Below are positions 1-9,901 of a stretch of DNA of 64,000 nt, in pieces (the first letter of the stretch is position 1; each line of letters starts with the position of its first letter). The stretch is from contig OZ242029.1 of the NCBI GenBank assembly GCA_965205015.1, positions 4,544,001-4,608,000 of the forward strand, written 5' to 3'. Under the pieces are notes generated by a model, which was not told the DNA's origin, searched no databases, and saw nothing but the letters and a program-made list of their open reading frames with translations. The translations under genes were made by a program, and so were the position numbers. The DNA is from Candidatus Poribacteria bacterium. Its GTDB lineage: Bacteria; Poribacteria; WGA-4E; WGA-3G.

Positions 1-735
1 CAATTCTGTGAGCGAGAATTGCCTCTCACCTACGATACACCCGTCGTAAAAGCTTCGTTCGATATAGCAAAACTTTCCGCGGGCGGGGTGCTACGTGTCG
101 CGGATGCCGTCGTAACGGGAGCCGTGAAAAACGGCTTCGCGATGGTCCGTCCCCCTGGACACCATGCCTCACAGAACCGGAGTATGGGGTTTTGTTTGTT
201 CAATAATATCGCGATTGCTGCGCGTTATCTTCAACGCGAGCATAGCATTGGGAAGGTCGCAATTGTGGACTGGGATGTCCACCACGGGAACGGCACACAA
301 GACATTTTCTACGAAGATGAGACGGTCTTCTTTTTCTCTATCCATCAGTCACCGCTCTATCCCGGCACGGGTTCGAGTTACGAACAGGGTAGCGGAAAAG
401 CGCGCGGCACAACCCTGAACATACCGATGCCCGCGGGGAGCGGTGATAGCGAATACGTCTCGGTCTTTAAGGATGTACTGATCCCCGCTTTAAGAGATTT
501 CTCGCCTGAGGTCGTATTAATTTCAGCAGGCTTTGATGCGCACTACCTCGACCCACTCGCCGGGACTGAACTCACGGCAGACGGATTTTCCACGCTGACA
601 GATCTAATTCTTGAATTTGCCGAGGAAACGGCATCGGGACGCGTCGTGTCTGCGCTAGAGGGTGGCTATAGTCTGGAGGGCGTATCTGAATCCATCGTAG
701 CGCATGTAGAACGGTTGGTTAAGAAGGGCGATTGA
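1..735 (+). CDS. Histone deacetylase family (class II HDAC/AcuC/AphA-like) Zn-dependent deacylase, 5'-truncated by window edge
   Basis: Motifs RPPGHHA, GFCLFNN, DWDVHHGNGTQ, SAGFDAH, LEGGY all intact; frame is open back to base 1. Confidence 0.93.
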   Translation, partial: QFCERELPLTYDTPVVKASFDIAKLSAGGVLRVADAVVTGAVKNGFAMVRPPGHHASQNRSMGFCLFNNIAIAARYLQREHSIGKVAIVDWDVHHGNGTQDIFYEDETVFFFSIHQSPLYPGTGSSYEQGSGKARGTTLNIPMPAGSGDSEYVSVFKDVLIPALRDFSPEVVLISAGFDAHYLDPLAGTELTADGFSTLTDLILEFAEETASGRVVSALEGGYSLEGVSESIVAHVERLVKKGD

Positions 736-883
736 ATGAAGTTTATAGTAAAGTGTGAAAATATGTTGACATTTTGAAAAACAACGAAAAGATAGTAATC
801 GACAATCAGTCCAGAGATGTTAGAACGATCATAACTGAAAAACCCCTCTTATTTGCTGTTTGACTACTGCTAAATGTCTATAG

Positions 884-913
884 GTAGAGGCGAACACAAA
901 GATCCACCTCTAC
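884..913. repeat. GTAG-type palindromic REP-like element
   Basis: GTAGAGG...CCTCTAC inverted arms between convergent genes. Confidence 0.55.
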
Positions 914-994
914 TGTCTCCACTTTTTCTATCAAAAGTCTGAGGAAATTCCTTTTTCTTTCGACTTAATATATGCTTCCTCAAGAGATTTATTC

Positions 995-1225
995 CTAGAC
1001 AAGTTTAGCGGTTTCAGATGTTTTTACCAACTTTCGACTCATTCTCCATTTCGTTTGTCTAAAGTGATATGTAGCCGCGTCTTTTGAATTTTCCTTGACA
1101 TAGATCCAAGTTCCATCATCTCTCAGTAGAACTTTCTTACCTTCCTTTGTATAGACAATTTCGTCAGCATTCGCTGAGAATAGCAAAGCAAAAAACACAA
1201 TCAGTACAACACAAAACTTTTTCAT
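995..1225 (-). CDS. Small secreted protein, DUF3157-like N-terminus; possibly a truncated remnant
   Basis: Signal peptide (ANA|DE), GGAGA RBS, TKEGKKVLLRDDGTWIYV motif, followed by FRQTKWRMS and an early stop. Confidence 0.55.
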   Translation of the reverse strand: MKKFCVVLIVFFALLFSANADEIVYTKEGKKVLLRDDGTWIYVKENSKDAATYHFRQTKWRMSRKLVKTSETAKLV

Positions 1226-1438
1226 TGTTAATCTCCTTCTACCGTTTCCGATTGAAAATTTTCAATAGAATTTTAACGAAAACATCGATTTGTAGCATAA
1301 ACCGTTAGTTTGTACAGTTTTGTTACACTTTGATATGAGTTGTAAATGCAATAGAATCTCTTAGAAATGGTATAACATCGTACGTTACCGAATTAAAATC
1401 TTGATTTTCATAAAATCGAACCGGCAAAATACCCGTGG

Positions 1439-2155
1439 TTATGTCAGGCAGTTATCAGGTTTCTTTCCGACGTGAATCGAAACGATACCGAACGTTTTCC
1501 GATAGAACTGGACATCCGTCAGTCCACACTGCTCCATAACGACTTTCAAGGCATCGCAATTCGGGAATTTCATGACGGAACGGGGGAGATATCCATAAGC
1601 GTCGTCCTTACTCCGAGAAATAAAGTTTCCGACAAAGGGTAGGATCTTGGTGAAGTAGAAATAGTAGAGGCTCCGAAATAGCGGATTCACAGGCTGCGTA
1701 AACTCCAAGATAACGACTCTACCTCCCGGTGCCGCAACGCGCGCCATCTCGCGTATTCCCATCTCCAAATCTGAAACGTTCCGGATACCGAAACCGACAG
1801 AAACAACGTCGAAGGTATTATCTAAAAACGGAAGGATGAGGGTATCGGCTGCCAGAAAACTGGTGTCTGTCCCTCGGTCCTTCTGTCCCACCTTCTCATC
1901 GCCGATAACCAGCATCTCAAAGCAGAAGTCTGAAGCGATCACAAAACCTTCCGCCCCAATTTTATCGGCATACGCAAGGGCGAGTTCACCCGTGCCAGTA
2001 CAGACATCCAGCACCTTACTTCTTAAGTCAACACCGCTTACTTTGACTGTTTCGCGCCGCCAACTTCTGTCGCGTCTGAGGCTTAAAAGGGCATTAAGAA
2101 AGTCGTAGTGGCGTGCAATGACTGAAAACAGGTTCTTGATTCGATGGGCATGCAT
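1439..2155 (-). CDS. ubiE: Demethylmenaquinone/ubiquinone methyltransferase UbiE/MenG
   Basis: F..IA..YD.LN..LS...R.WR, VLDVCTGTG, GFGIRNV, RVVILEF, AYGYLP.S...FP. Confidence 0.93.
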   Translation of the reverse strand: MHAHRIKNLFSVIARHYDFLNALLSLRRDRSWRRETVKVSGVDLRSKVLDVCTGTGELALAYADKIGAEGFVIASDFCFEMLVIGDEKVGQKDRGTDTSFLAADTLILPFLDNTFDVVSVGFGIRNVSDLEMGIREMARVAAPGGRVVILEFTQPVNPLFRSLYYFYFTKILPFVGNFISRSKDDAYGYLPRSVMKFPNCDALKVVMEQCGLTDVQFYRKTFGIVSIHVGKKPDNCLT

Positions 2156-2157
2156 AG

Positions 2158-4581
2158 CTACATTCGCAATTCTGCACCTAACTCCCGATTGAGGCGTTTC
2201 ACAACCTCATCGTGAAGGGCATTGACCGCTTTATCTGTCAATGTTTCGGTCGCAGAATGATAGGTAATGGTATAGGCAAGACTCTTCTTACCTTCCGGAA
2301 CCTGTTCACCTTCATAGACATCAAACAGACGCACCGAGTCCACAGCATCCCCACCTGTCATATAGATAAGTTCTGTCGGCATATCCGACAGGACCTCCTT
2401 ATCCACGACGATCGCGAGGTCGCGGGCGACCTTTGGGTAGATGGAAATCGGTTCAAAACGTTTGGCAAATGTAGCAACATCCGCTAAGCCTTCAAGGTCG
2501 AACTCAAAGAGGTATGCCTTATACGGTAAATCGTAATTTTCGAGAACCTCCGGATGAACCTCTCCAAAGACACCGATCCGTTTATCACCCAACAACACTT
2601 CGGCGTTCCTGCCCGGATGGAAGGTGGGAGTGTCTGTGTTCTGTAGCGTCCAATCAACAACGCCACATACCTCAAGCATCCCCTCCACCAATCCTTTGAT
2701 GTCAAAGAAATCTGGAGATCGGTACGGATCGCTATAGACGCCTTCCCCGACTTGCCCAGCGAGAACGCCTGCAGCGCGTTCCGGCTCAAGCGTCGCGATT
2801 CGGAGATCGCGCCTACCGCTTTCGCCATCGTGGAGAAATACACCGCCGATTTCAAAGAGCGCGATCGTATCTATCTGGTGATTCCGGTTATGCTGTGCGT
2901 TTTCGAGCAGTCCTGGCATCAGTGTTGTGCGTAGCACCGACATCTCTGGGCTCAACGGGTTACGGAGTTGCAGGGTGTTACGCAGCGGATCATCGGTATT
3001 CAACCGGATCTTATCAAAACAATTGGGGTCACAAAAACTGTAATTCACCGCCTCCATCATTCCAGTCCCGAGGAGAAAATGTTTGATACACCTGCGGACT
3101 TCGGTTTTTGGGTTCGATGCCGGGACAGGGATGTCGCCTTTGGGCAATGTTGTCGGAATATTATCGTAGCCGTAGACCCGCGCGATTTCCTCAATGAGGT
3201 CGATTTCTCGGGTGACATCAGCCCTGAAAGTCGGTACAGTGACTTGATAGACCTCACCGGTAGTGTCGACGTCGAAACCGAGACGGTTCAGAATCTGCGC
3301 CATTTCCGCCGCTTCGAGTGTCGTCCCTAATACGAAATTGACGCGTTCAGGACGGAGTTGAATCTGGGCCAAAGGCTGCTGCCTCGGATAGACATCAACG
3401 ATGCCTTCAGAGATTCTGCCACCCGCTAATTCGGTAATGAGCTGTGCCGCACGGTCAAGCGCAGTGAGGACTGCACCCGGGTCAGCCCCGCGCTCAAATC
3501 TGTAGGAGGCTTCTGTGCTGATTCCGAGCGCCTTTGCGGTCGCACGAACACTCGATGGATTGAAATAGGCACTCTCCAGCAGAACATCACAGGTCGCGCC
3601 CGTGATTTCCGAATCGTAACCCCCCATAATTCCAGCAAGTGCGACAGGTTTTTCGGCATCAGCGATAACGAGCATATCGGGTGCGAGTTCGCGTTCAACT
3701 GCGTCGAGCGTTGTAATGTGTTCACCCGCCGTCGCGCGGCGCACAACAATACGGTTCTCCGTGAGCTTGTGATAATCAAAGGCGTGGAGCGGCTGTCCAT
3801 ATTCCATTAAGACGAAGTTGGTGACATCGACAATATTGTTAATAGCACCTATACCGACAGATTCAAGCCGTTGTTGCAACCATACTGGGGATTCCGTCAC
3901 TTTAACACCGTGAATGACGCGTGCTGCGTACCGCGGGCAAAGATCCGGGGCATCGATCGTAACAGAGGTCAGGTCTCGGACGTTGATGTTATTTTCCTTC
4001 AGCGCAACAGTAGGTAGTTTTAAAGGATTGCCGGTTTCCGCTCGGATTTCGCGAGCGACACCGATCAGGCTGAGACAATCCGGACGGTTGGGTGTAATCT
4101 CCAGTTCAAACACGACATCGTCCAATCCGAGAGCCTCTGAAAGGGGTGTTCCAATCGGTATATCCGTCGGTAATTCCATCAAACCGGCGGCATCTTCAGA
4201 AAGTGCTAATTCCTTTTCAGAGCAGAGCATCCCTTCCGAAGTCTCGCCGCGCAGTTTTGCGCGTTTAATTGTCAAACCGACGGGTAGTGTCGTTCCGATC
4301 GTCGCAACAGGCGCGAGCATCCCCTCTCGGACATTCGGGGCACCGCAGACAATCTGAAGTGTTTCTGTCTCACCGGTATCTACCTGACACAGAACAAGTT
4401 TATCGGCGTTTGGGTGCGGCCGGATTGAGGTAACACTCCCCACAATTACACCTTCGAGCTCGGCACCGAGTTGTTTGATAGATTCAACTTCAACACCTAA
4501 CATCGTCAACCGATCAGCGAGTTCGCTTGGGGAAAACTCAAAATTGATGTAGTTTTTAAGCCAATTTAGGGTTACATTCAT
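2158..4581 (-). CDS. pheT: Phenylalanine--tRNA ligase beta subunit
   Basis: HPNADKL, IVCGAPN, SEGMLCS, ITPNRPDCLS, RFERG, DLIEEIARVYGY, C-terminal FDX-ACB domain; 807 aa. Confidence 0.98.
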   Translation of the reverse strand: MNVTLNWLKNYINFEFSPSELADRLTMLGVEVESIKQLGAELEGVIVGSVTSIRPHPNADKLVLCQVDTGETETLQIVCGAPNVREGMLAPVATIGTTLPVGLTIKRAKLRGETSEGMLCSEKELALSEDAAGLMELPTDIPIGTPLSEALGLDDVVFELEITPNRPDCLSLIGVAREIRAETGNPLKLPTVALKENNINVRDLTSVTIDAPDLCPRYAARVIHGVKVTESPVWLQQRLESVGIGAINNIVDVTNFVLMEYGQPLHAFDYHKLTENRIVVRRATAGEHITTLDAVERELAPDMLVIADAEKPVALAGIMGGYDSEITGATCDVLLESAYFNPSSVRATAKALGISTEASYRFERGADPGAVLTALDRAAQLITELAGGRISEGIVDVYPRQQPLAQIQLRPERVNFVLGTTLEAAEMAQILNRLGFDVDTTGEVYQVTVPTFRADVTREIDLIEEIARVYGYDNIPTTLPKGDIPVPASNPKTEVRRCIKHFLLGTGMMEAVNYSFCDPNCFDKIRLNTDDPLRNTLQLRNPLSPEMSVLRTTLMPGLLENAQHNRNHQIDTIALFEIGGVFLHDGESGRRDLRIATLEPERAAGVLAGQVGEGVYSDPYRSPDFFDIKGLVEGMLEVCGVVDWTLQNTDTPTFHPGRNAEVLLGDKRIGVFGEVHPEVLENYDLPYKAYLFEFDLEGLADVATFAKRFEPISIYPKVARDLAIVVDKEVLSDMPTELIYMTGGDAVDSVRLFDVYEGEQVPEGKKSLAYTITYHSATETLTDKAVNALHDEVVKRLNRELGAELRM
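2792..2816 (-). repeat. GTAG-REP copy embedded in frame in pheT
   Basis: gtcgcgattcggagatcgcgcctac; 22/25 identical to intergenic copy 37418-37442 and 21/25 to 61264-61288. Confidence 0.8.
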
Positions 4582-4583
4582 AA

Positions 4584-5417
4584 CTAACGAAGCTCCGGTA
4601 TGCTATGCCGGCGTTTCAAGTCCCCCCAGGCAATCGGCAACTTTGCGCGAGGTGAGACATCAAAGGGGACGAGAAGATCTTCAAAGTACTCAAACTGCGC
4701 GATCTGCTTACCTTTTCCATCACAGATCCCGGCGTAGACACCGACTTCAAGCGGTTCCTCGAACTCTTGCTCGGTTTCGCCGATGTCTATCCATGCGTCC
4801 TTAGCTTTCCGTTTCCACCACGCCGTAAAGGTATCCTTCTCACGGCGGAGTCTCATGTAAAGCGCCATTTCACCTACTGGGTCCTGGAAACCGGGAACGA
4901 CCCCAATAAGCCCTTCACCGGCATCGAATTGCCGTTTCTGATATTGGATGACAGCGTTGTTGTTTTGCGCGGGACCCCGACCCCAGAGCTTAATCGTCAC
5001 CCATTCGCCCTCGCGTCCTTGATGATCCTTTGTAGTCGGTGAGTACGCAACAACACCCGCGACAACACAAGCATCTTCGTAGTCCATAAAGAGATGCGTT
5101 TCTATATCGAAGTCCCCTTCGTGTTCCTGATAGAGGCGATTTGTCGTGTCTGCGGGCCAGAGATTCCGGTTCAGTTCCCCTTTAATATGAAGCCATCCAG
5201 CCTTCGTTTTGCCCATATCCCACTCTTTCGGTTCAACGCCCTCTTCGTCGGAAGTCTTCCACTTCCAATTCGGGTTCTTCAAGGCGTTTCCATCAAAAGG
5301 GTCCCCGAGGGAGTCCGCGGCTTGTACGGAAGTTATGCCGTAGAGCATCGCGAAGCCGATACACAATAAAATAACCGCTTGTTTCAAATTCTGTCTCCAT
5401 AAAAGAACTGGCGGCAT
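4584..5417 (-). CDS. Secreted ConA-like beta-sandwich protein (DUF1349/beta-xylosidase C-terminal-like) with WG-x-LK tail
   Basis: Signal peptide, GDFDIET, LRREKDTFTAWW, PLEVGVYAG; paralog of 5462-6247. Confidence 0.7.
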   Translation of the reverse strand: MPPVLLWRQNLKQAVILLCIGFAMLYGITSVQAADSLGDPFDGNALKNPNWKWKTSDEEGVEPKEWDMGKTKAGWLHIKGELNRNLWPADTTNRLYQEHEGDFDIETHLFMDYEDACVVAGVVAYSPTTKDHQGREGEWVTIKLWGRGPAQNNNAVIQYQKRQFDAGEGLIGVVPGFQDPVGEMALYMRLRREKDTFTAWWKRKAKDAWIDIGETEQEFEEPLEVGVYAGICDGKGKQIAQFEYFEDLLVPFDVSPRAKLPIAWGDLKRRHSIPELR

Positions 5418-5461
5418 TATAGCCGCCAGTGATTCAAAGTAGCTGCGATCAGAACCTGCGA

Positions 5462-6247
5462 CTACTGTTGTCCTTTCAATTCACCCCACGTAACGGCGAG
5501 GCGCCCGCGTGGATCAACCGGAGTCGCTGGACTCGACGCTTCTCGGAAGTAGTCAAAGGTAACAGTCATCTTACCGGCACCTTGGCCTTCGCAGATACCG
5601 ACGTAGATGCCGACCTCAAGCGGTTCTTCGAGTTCGTTGGTCGCTTTACCGACCGAGACCCAGTCGCCTTCTGCATTCGGCTTGAACCATGATTCGTATT
5701 CGTCGCCATCGCGCTTGACGCGCAGTTCAAGCGGAATAACGCCTTGATCTGGATTGTAATCGGCTTGCGTGCCGACATATCCCAAATCGGCAGAATCATT
5801 TTCACGCCGTTGATACTGGAGCACGGCATTATTACCTTGGGCAGCACCGCGTCCCCACAACTTCAAGGTCACCCATTGCCCATCGCGGTTCTGGTGATCC
5901 TTCGTTGTCGCGGAATACACGACGATACCGGCTACAGTGCAAGCATCAGCGTAATCGACAACCATTGACGTTTCAATGTCAAACTGATCCATGTCTGTGA
6001 CTTGATAGAAACGCGTGGAGGTATCAGAACCCCACAAGTTCTGATCGAAACCTGCCTCGGCAACGAGGAGTCCGTCTTTTAGTTCCCATGGGCTCTTATC
6101 ACCATCCTTGACCTGCCAGAAGGATTGGAGGTCTTGACCGGTTCCAATGAATTCGTCGCTCATCAAGGTTTGCGCGAAAACGCTGGGAATGAGACATACG
6201 GACAAAAATAAAATTGTAACTATACAAGTAATCTGTTTCATTAACAT
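5462..6247 (-). CDS. Secreted ConA-like beta-sandwich protein (DUF1349-like) with WG-x-LK tail
   Basis: Signal peptide (VFA|Q), AAGGAG RBS; shares SxTTKDHQxRxGxWVTxKLWGRG with the downstream paralog. Confidence 0.7.
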   Translation of the reverse strand: MLMKQITCIVTILFLSVCLIPSVFAQTLMSDEFIGTGQDLQSFWQVKDGDKSPWELKDGLLVAEAGFDQNLWGSDTSTRFYQVTDMDQFDIETSMVVDYADACTVAGIVVYSATTKDHQNRDGQWVTLKLWGRGAAQGNNAVLQYQRRENDSADLGYVGTQADYNPDQGVIPLELRVKRDGDEYESWFKPNAEGDWVSVGKATNELEEPLEVGIYVGICEGQGAGKMTVTFDYFREASSPATPVDPRGRLAVTWGELKGQQ

Positions 6248-6433
6248 CTCCTTTCTATTTTTTACGTACAGGACGACCTTTTTTGGTATCCAATAGGATT
6301 CTTTTACCTGTCAGATGACTCTTGGTTCGTCCGTACAGATGATTCATCTGAAATATATTAACACACTGATTGGAAAAAATCAACTTTTTTCGGGCAGTTT
6401 CGTAATTAACATAATGTGAAAAAGCAGATATCC

Positions 6434-6463
6434 TTGCAATTCATGCTCAGACTATGTTAAAAT
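6434..6463 (+). promoter_or_regulatory. Sigma70-type promoter
   Basis: TTGCAA-18nt-TAAAAT with TGn extended -10. Confidence 0.5.
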
Positions 6464-6531
6464 TGCAAAAATCGCAGAATTGATGCGAAAAGCATTTTGA
6501 ATTACAAGTTGTGTCCTTTAGGAGGTCGTGT

Positions 6532-7296
6532 ATGAAGATAGGTATTCGGGACGGGATGTTGCCCGTTCCTTTTGAAGAATCGTTTCAGAAAGCGAAAGAG
6601 ATCGGGTTCGATGGTGTCGAGATTTGCATGGGAGTCAACTACCGTGAACATTTGCTCTGGCAAGATGGCGGAATTGATAAAGTGAACAGTTTGGCAGAAG
6701 CCGCGGACATTGAGGTATCTTCACTGTCCCCGGGTGGCTTCACTGCATATTCGTTTATGCATCCGACCGATAGCACGCGGACCGAGGGGATCGCAAAATT
6801 GCAATATCTGGCAGAAACATGTCCGCAACTCGGCGCGAAAGTGATTTTGGTTCCGTTTTTCGGGAATGGTCAGATCAAAGATGAACACATCAGCGCATCA
6901 CGGTTTATTGATGGTCTGAAAATGGCTGCTGAAACCGCTGAGAAACACGGTGTTTTCCTCGCTATTGAATCCACTTTAAGTGCCGAACAACATCAACAGA
7001 TCATTGATAACGTCGGTTCGTCAGCCGTAGGGGTTTATTACGATATGGGGAACGCCACAGGATTCGGTTACGACTCGCCGTCTGAAATTCGGAACTTGGG
7101 CGGGGCAATCGTACAGATGCACATCAAGGACACCAATGGCAATCACGCCGGTGAAGGCGATGTTGACTTCCCTGCCGTCTTTGAGGCTGTCCACGCCGTT
7201 GGATACGATAGTTGGTTTGTCTTAGAAACCCCCAGTAAAGATGATCCGGTTGCGTCCGCCGCAAAAAACCTCGATTTTGTGAGACATAGTTTTTGA
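6532..7296 (+). CDS. Sugar phosphate isomerase/epimerase (xylose isomerase-like TIM barrel)
   Basis: GFDGVEI, LAIE, YYDMGN, MHIKD, G.GDVDF, VLET; AGGAGG RBS before ATG 6532. Confidence 0.88.
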   Translation: MKIGIRDGMLPVPFEESFQKAKEIGFDGVEICMGVNYREHLLWQDGGIDKVNSLAEAADIEVSSLSPGGFTAYSFMHPTDSTRTEGIAKLQYLAETCPQLGAKVILVPFFGNGQIKDEHISASRFIDGLKMAAETAEKHGVFLAIESTLSAEQHQQIIDNVGSSAVGVYYDMGNATGFGYDSPSEIRNLGGAIVQMHIKDTNGNHAGEGDVDFPAVFEAVHAVGYDSWFVLETPSKDDPVASAAKNLDFVRHSF

Positions 7297-7376
7297 GGCA
7301 GTGATAGAGGTGACATTCGTTATCAGAAATTTATGCACTTCAATATTGGCCCCCGTTTCATGATGAAGGAGGTGGC

Positions 7377-8183
7377 ATGAACAGCCCAAAAGCGATAACC
7401 CCACGTTCCGAAAGTAAGAAGTTACTGTCTCTACCGACACGGCAAGCGGAGCAACTCTTTCAAAGTTACGAGAAGCAACAGCAATTGGATATTCTCAGCG
7501 CAACTCGCAACCCGAGGTCTCGAGAGAAACTCTACTATCTCGTGCCCGATTGTACTGAACTCATCCAGGCAAGTCCGACTGAAGATGTACTCCAAGTTTT
7601 GGATACCATGCTCGGCACAGGACTCGCTTCAGTGCTATTGCCATGCCTCTCAAATGAGCAATTTGAGGAGCTGCTGGATATTGCTGTCTGGCGCGATGGC
7701 AAACTCGATGAAGAGTCGTTGGATCTCTGGCTTTTTGAACTTTCTGAATGTGAACGAGACGATCTGGGACGGCTTCTCAGAGAGCTTGATATCCGTTTGT
7801 TGGCAGCACTCCTCCACAGTCGGGTCACACTTCAGGATCTCCACAGTGGGATGCTGCTTGAAGCTGGGTATCTCGATCCGAGTTCCCCAGCGATTGATTA
7901 TGTAGATGAACGCGCTCGGGCGATTTGTAATGCTATCTGGGAAGCAGATGATGAAGTTTTTCTGATCCTTATCAAGGAACTCTTCGCAATTGATACAGAG
8001 GGTGATGTTGATGCCGAACTCGCCGCCGCTTTCGACGCTGTACAGGCCGACAGAGCACAACGCGTCGCAGCGCGTGATAAAGAAGCCGGTATTGATGTTA
8101 CGGAAGCTGATCTCACAGAGAAGGTCGATTTAGAGTCGCTTACACTTGATGACGATGAGGATGACTATGACGAAGACGAATAG
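7377..8183 (+). CDS. Hypothetical protein resembling N-terminal half of DUF6178
   Basis: QFEELLDIAVWRDGKLD...WL..L motif; acidic tail; AAGGAGG RBS. Confidence 0.55.
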   Translation: MNSPKAITPRSESKKLLSLPTRQAEQLFQSYEKQQQLDILSATRNPRSREKLYYLVPDCTELIQASPTEDVLQVLDTMLGTGLASVLLPCLSNEQFEELLDIAVWRDGKLDEESLDLWLFELSECERDDLGRLLRELDIRLLAALLHSRVTLQDLHSGMLLEAGYLDPSSPAIDYVDERARAICNAIWEADDEVFLILIKELFAIDTEGDVDAELAAAFDAVQADRAQRVAARDKEAGIDVTEADLTEKVDLESLTLDDDEDDYDEDE

Positions 8184-9129
8184 ATTCGCTCTCGTCGCTG
8201 AGGCACAACTTGACGGACGACTTTTCCTCGCACAAGCCTTAGCGCATGGAGACACCTTTGGTGGTATTCCGCATGAACAGGCAGAGGCACTCTATCAGAG
8301 TATAGCCGCCATTGCCCACAAACTCATTACAATGAAGACGGCAGACCTCTCCGATCAATCGGGACTACGGACGCAGATTCAGACTGCTTTCACGCTCATC
8401 AGTCTTGGATTGGAGTATGGCAGCAAGGGCGATTTTGACAAGGCGGTTCGACTCCTCCGCAAAAACCGAGCCGTCAAATTTTTCCAAATCGGGAACACAC
8501 TGACCGAAAAATTGTTGGACAGAGTGCGCCAGCTCCTGCAAGACGGGGTAATTCTACCTCCTGATATGGATGAGGAACATGTTCTCGGCGCCACCTATAC
8601 TGACCTTGAAACAGAAGGTATCCAGATTTATACCCAAGCGGAACACGAATTCTTAAAGGCGTTATTGACTTATAGAACCACGATTCGGTCGCTTCAAATA
8701 ACGATCAGAGATACGGATGTTCCCCGAGTGCTTACCCATTTGGCTGAAGTCAATATGATCGATCAGCAGTTGGCGTGCATCGAAAATCGCTGCCACTATG
8801 TAAAAGCCTTACCACTGGAGAATCTATTCGCTCTGGATCCACCCCTCAGCATCTTCCCCAATCCTATTGAACACCTCACTCTCGGATTGATAGTCAATCT
8901 TGTCCTGTATCGCCAAGTTGATTTTCAATTAGATAACGACACACGGCAGGATTTCTACAAGTTGGCTTATGTGGATGGCGAGATTCGGCACTCCCTCCGG
9001 CAGCAGTTACTTGACTGGATAGCGCAGTACCTTGAGCAAACGCACCAACCTGAACCTGTGAAAACGTATGCTGTCTCTTATTGGGATGAGTGTCTCCGAA
9101 TGGAGGGAACGAAAGTTGCCGCTGACTAA
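8167..9129 (+). CDS. Hypothetical protein resembling C-terminal half of DUF6178
   Basis: ISLGLEY.S.GD..KA..LL......FFQIG motif; overlaps the upstream stop. Confidence 0.5.
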   Translation: MTKTNRFALVAEAQLDGRLFLAQALAHGDTFGGIPHEQAEALYQSIAAIAHKLITMKTADLSDQSGLRTQIQTAFTLISLGLEYGSKGDFDKAVRLLRKNRAVKFFQIGNTLTEKLLDRVRQLLQDGVILPPDMDEEHVLGATYTDLETEGIQIYTQAEHEFLKALLTYRTTIRSLQITIRDTDVPRVLTHLAEVNMIDQQLACIENRCHYVKALPLENLFALDPPLSIFPNPIEHLTLGLIVNLVLYRQVDFQLDNDTRQDFYKLAYVDGEIRHSLRQQLLDWIAQYLEQTHQPEPVKTYAVSYWDECLRMEGTKVAAD

Positions 9130-9131
9130 TC

Positions 9132-9803
9132 TCAGCGATCTGCCAATCCTTTCTTGGCGTCCGAAATTGCCTTGCGGGCTTGGGGCGTACCGATGTCATT
9201 CAGGGCGCGTTCTGCCATACGGCGGAGGTCAGAGTTAGGCGAATTCAGTGCCACGGTGAGCGGGTCAACCGCAGGCGTCCCGATTGTAGCCAAGGCGCGT
9301 ACAACAAGACGCCGGACGTTCCATTCCGGATCTGTCAGTGTGTTGATGAGTGCAGGTAAAATTGTGTCAAGCGGTGTCCCGATTTCACCTAACGCATACG
9401 CGGCATTCAGTCGGATTTCTGCTGCGTCTGCTGTTAAAGCATCAATGAGATACGGCACGGCAGGTTCACCGACATTTTGTAGGGCAACAGAACCGACTAC
9501 ACGGATGTTTTCATCGGGATCCGCCAGCACAGAGATAAGGGCAGGTACAATGCGGGCAGCAGGGGTTTTGATTTCGCTGAGCGTCCACGCCGACATCTCA
9601 CGAATCTGCGGATTTTCATTGGATAACCCGTCAATGAGTGCCCCAACCGCCTCGGGTCCCATTTTGACTAATGCTTCGGAGGCTTCGGTGCGACGTACAG
9701 CCGCTCTGTCACCAAGTTGATTGACAAGCGTTTTAATGTGTTGTTCTTGGGACTGGCATGCTATCAGACACAGGAAAATGGGAAGTAAAAAAAAACGTTT
9801 CAT
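9132..9803 (-). CDS. HEAT/PBS-lyase repeat lipoprotein
   Basis: MKRFFLLPIFLCLIA|C lipobox; repeated L.D.D..IR..AA.ALG.IG units. Confidence 0.85.
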   Translation of the reverse strand: MKRFFLLPIFLCLIACQSQEQHIKTLVNQLGDRAAVRRTEASEALVKMGPEAVGALIDGLSNENPQIREMSAWTLSEIKTPAARIVPALISVLADPDENIRVVGSVALQNVGEPAVPYLIDALTADAAEIRLNAAYALGEIGTPLDTILPALINTLTDPEWNVRRLVVRALATIGTPAVDPLTVALNSPNSDLRRMAERALNDIGTPQARKAISDAKKGLADR

Positions 9804-9811
9804 AGGGTATG

Positions 9812-9840
9812 AGTATAGCATTATTTTTGGCTTTTTGCAA
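9812..9840 (-). promoter_or_regulatory. Sigma70-type promoter, near-leaderless transcript for HEAT protein
   Basis: TTGCAA-17nt-TATACT with TGn; ATG 8 nt past the -10 box. Confidence 0.55.
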
Positions 9841-9901
9841 CTAACAACTGTCAAAGGAGAAGCACGGGGTTCGCCATAGTGCGAAAACCGTCAATAGAGA
9901 G

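Noticed and set aside
900-997. Stop-codon readthrough of the 995-1225 ORF
   Set aside because: The TAG is followed two codons later by TAA, so there is no continuing frame.
9154-9720. 188-aa antisense ORF and many similar shadow ORFs
   Set aside because: They lie opposite or within well-supported genes and show no motifs or RBS.
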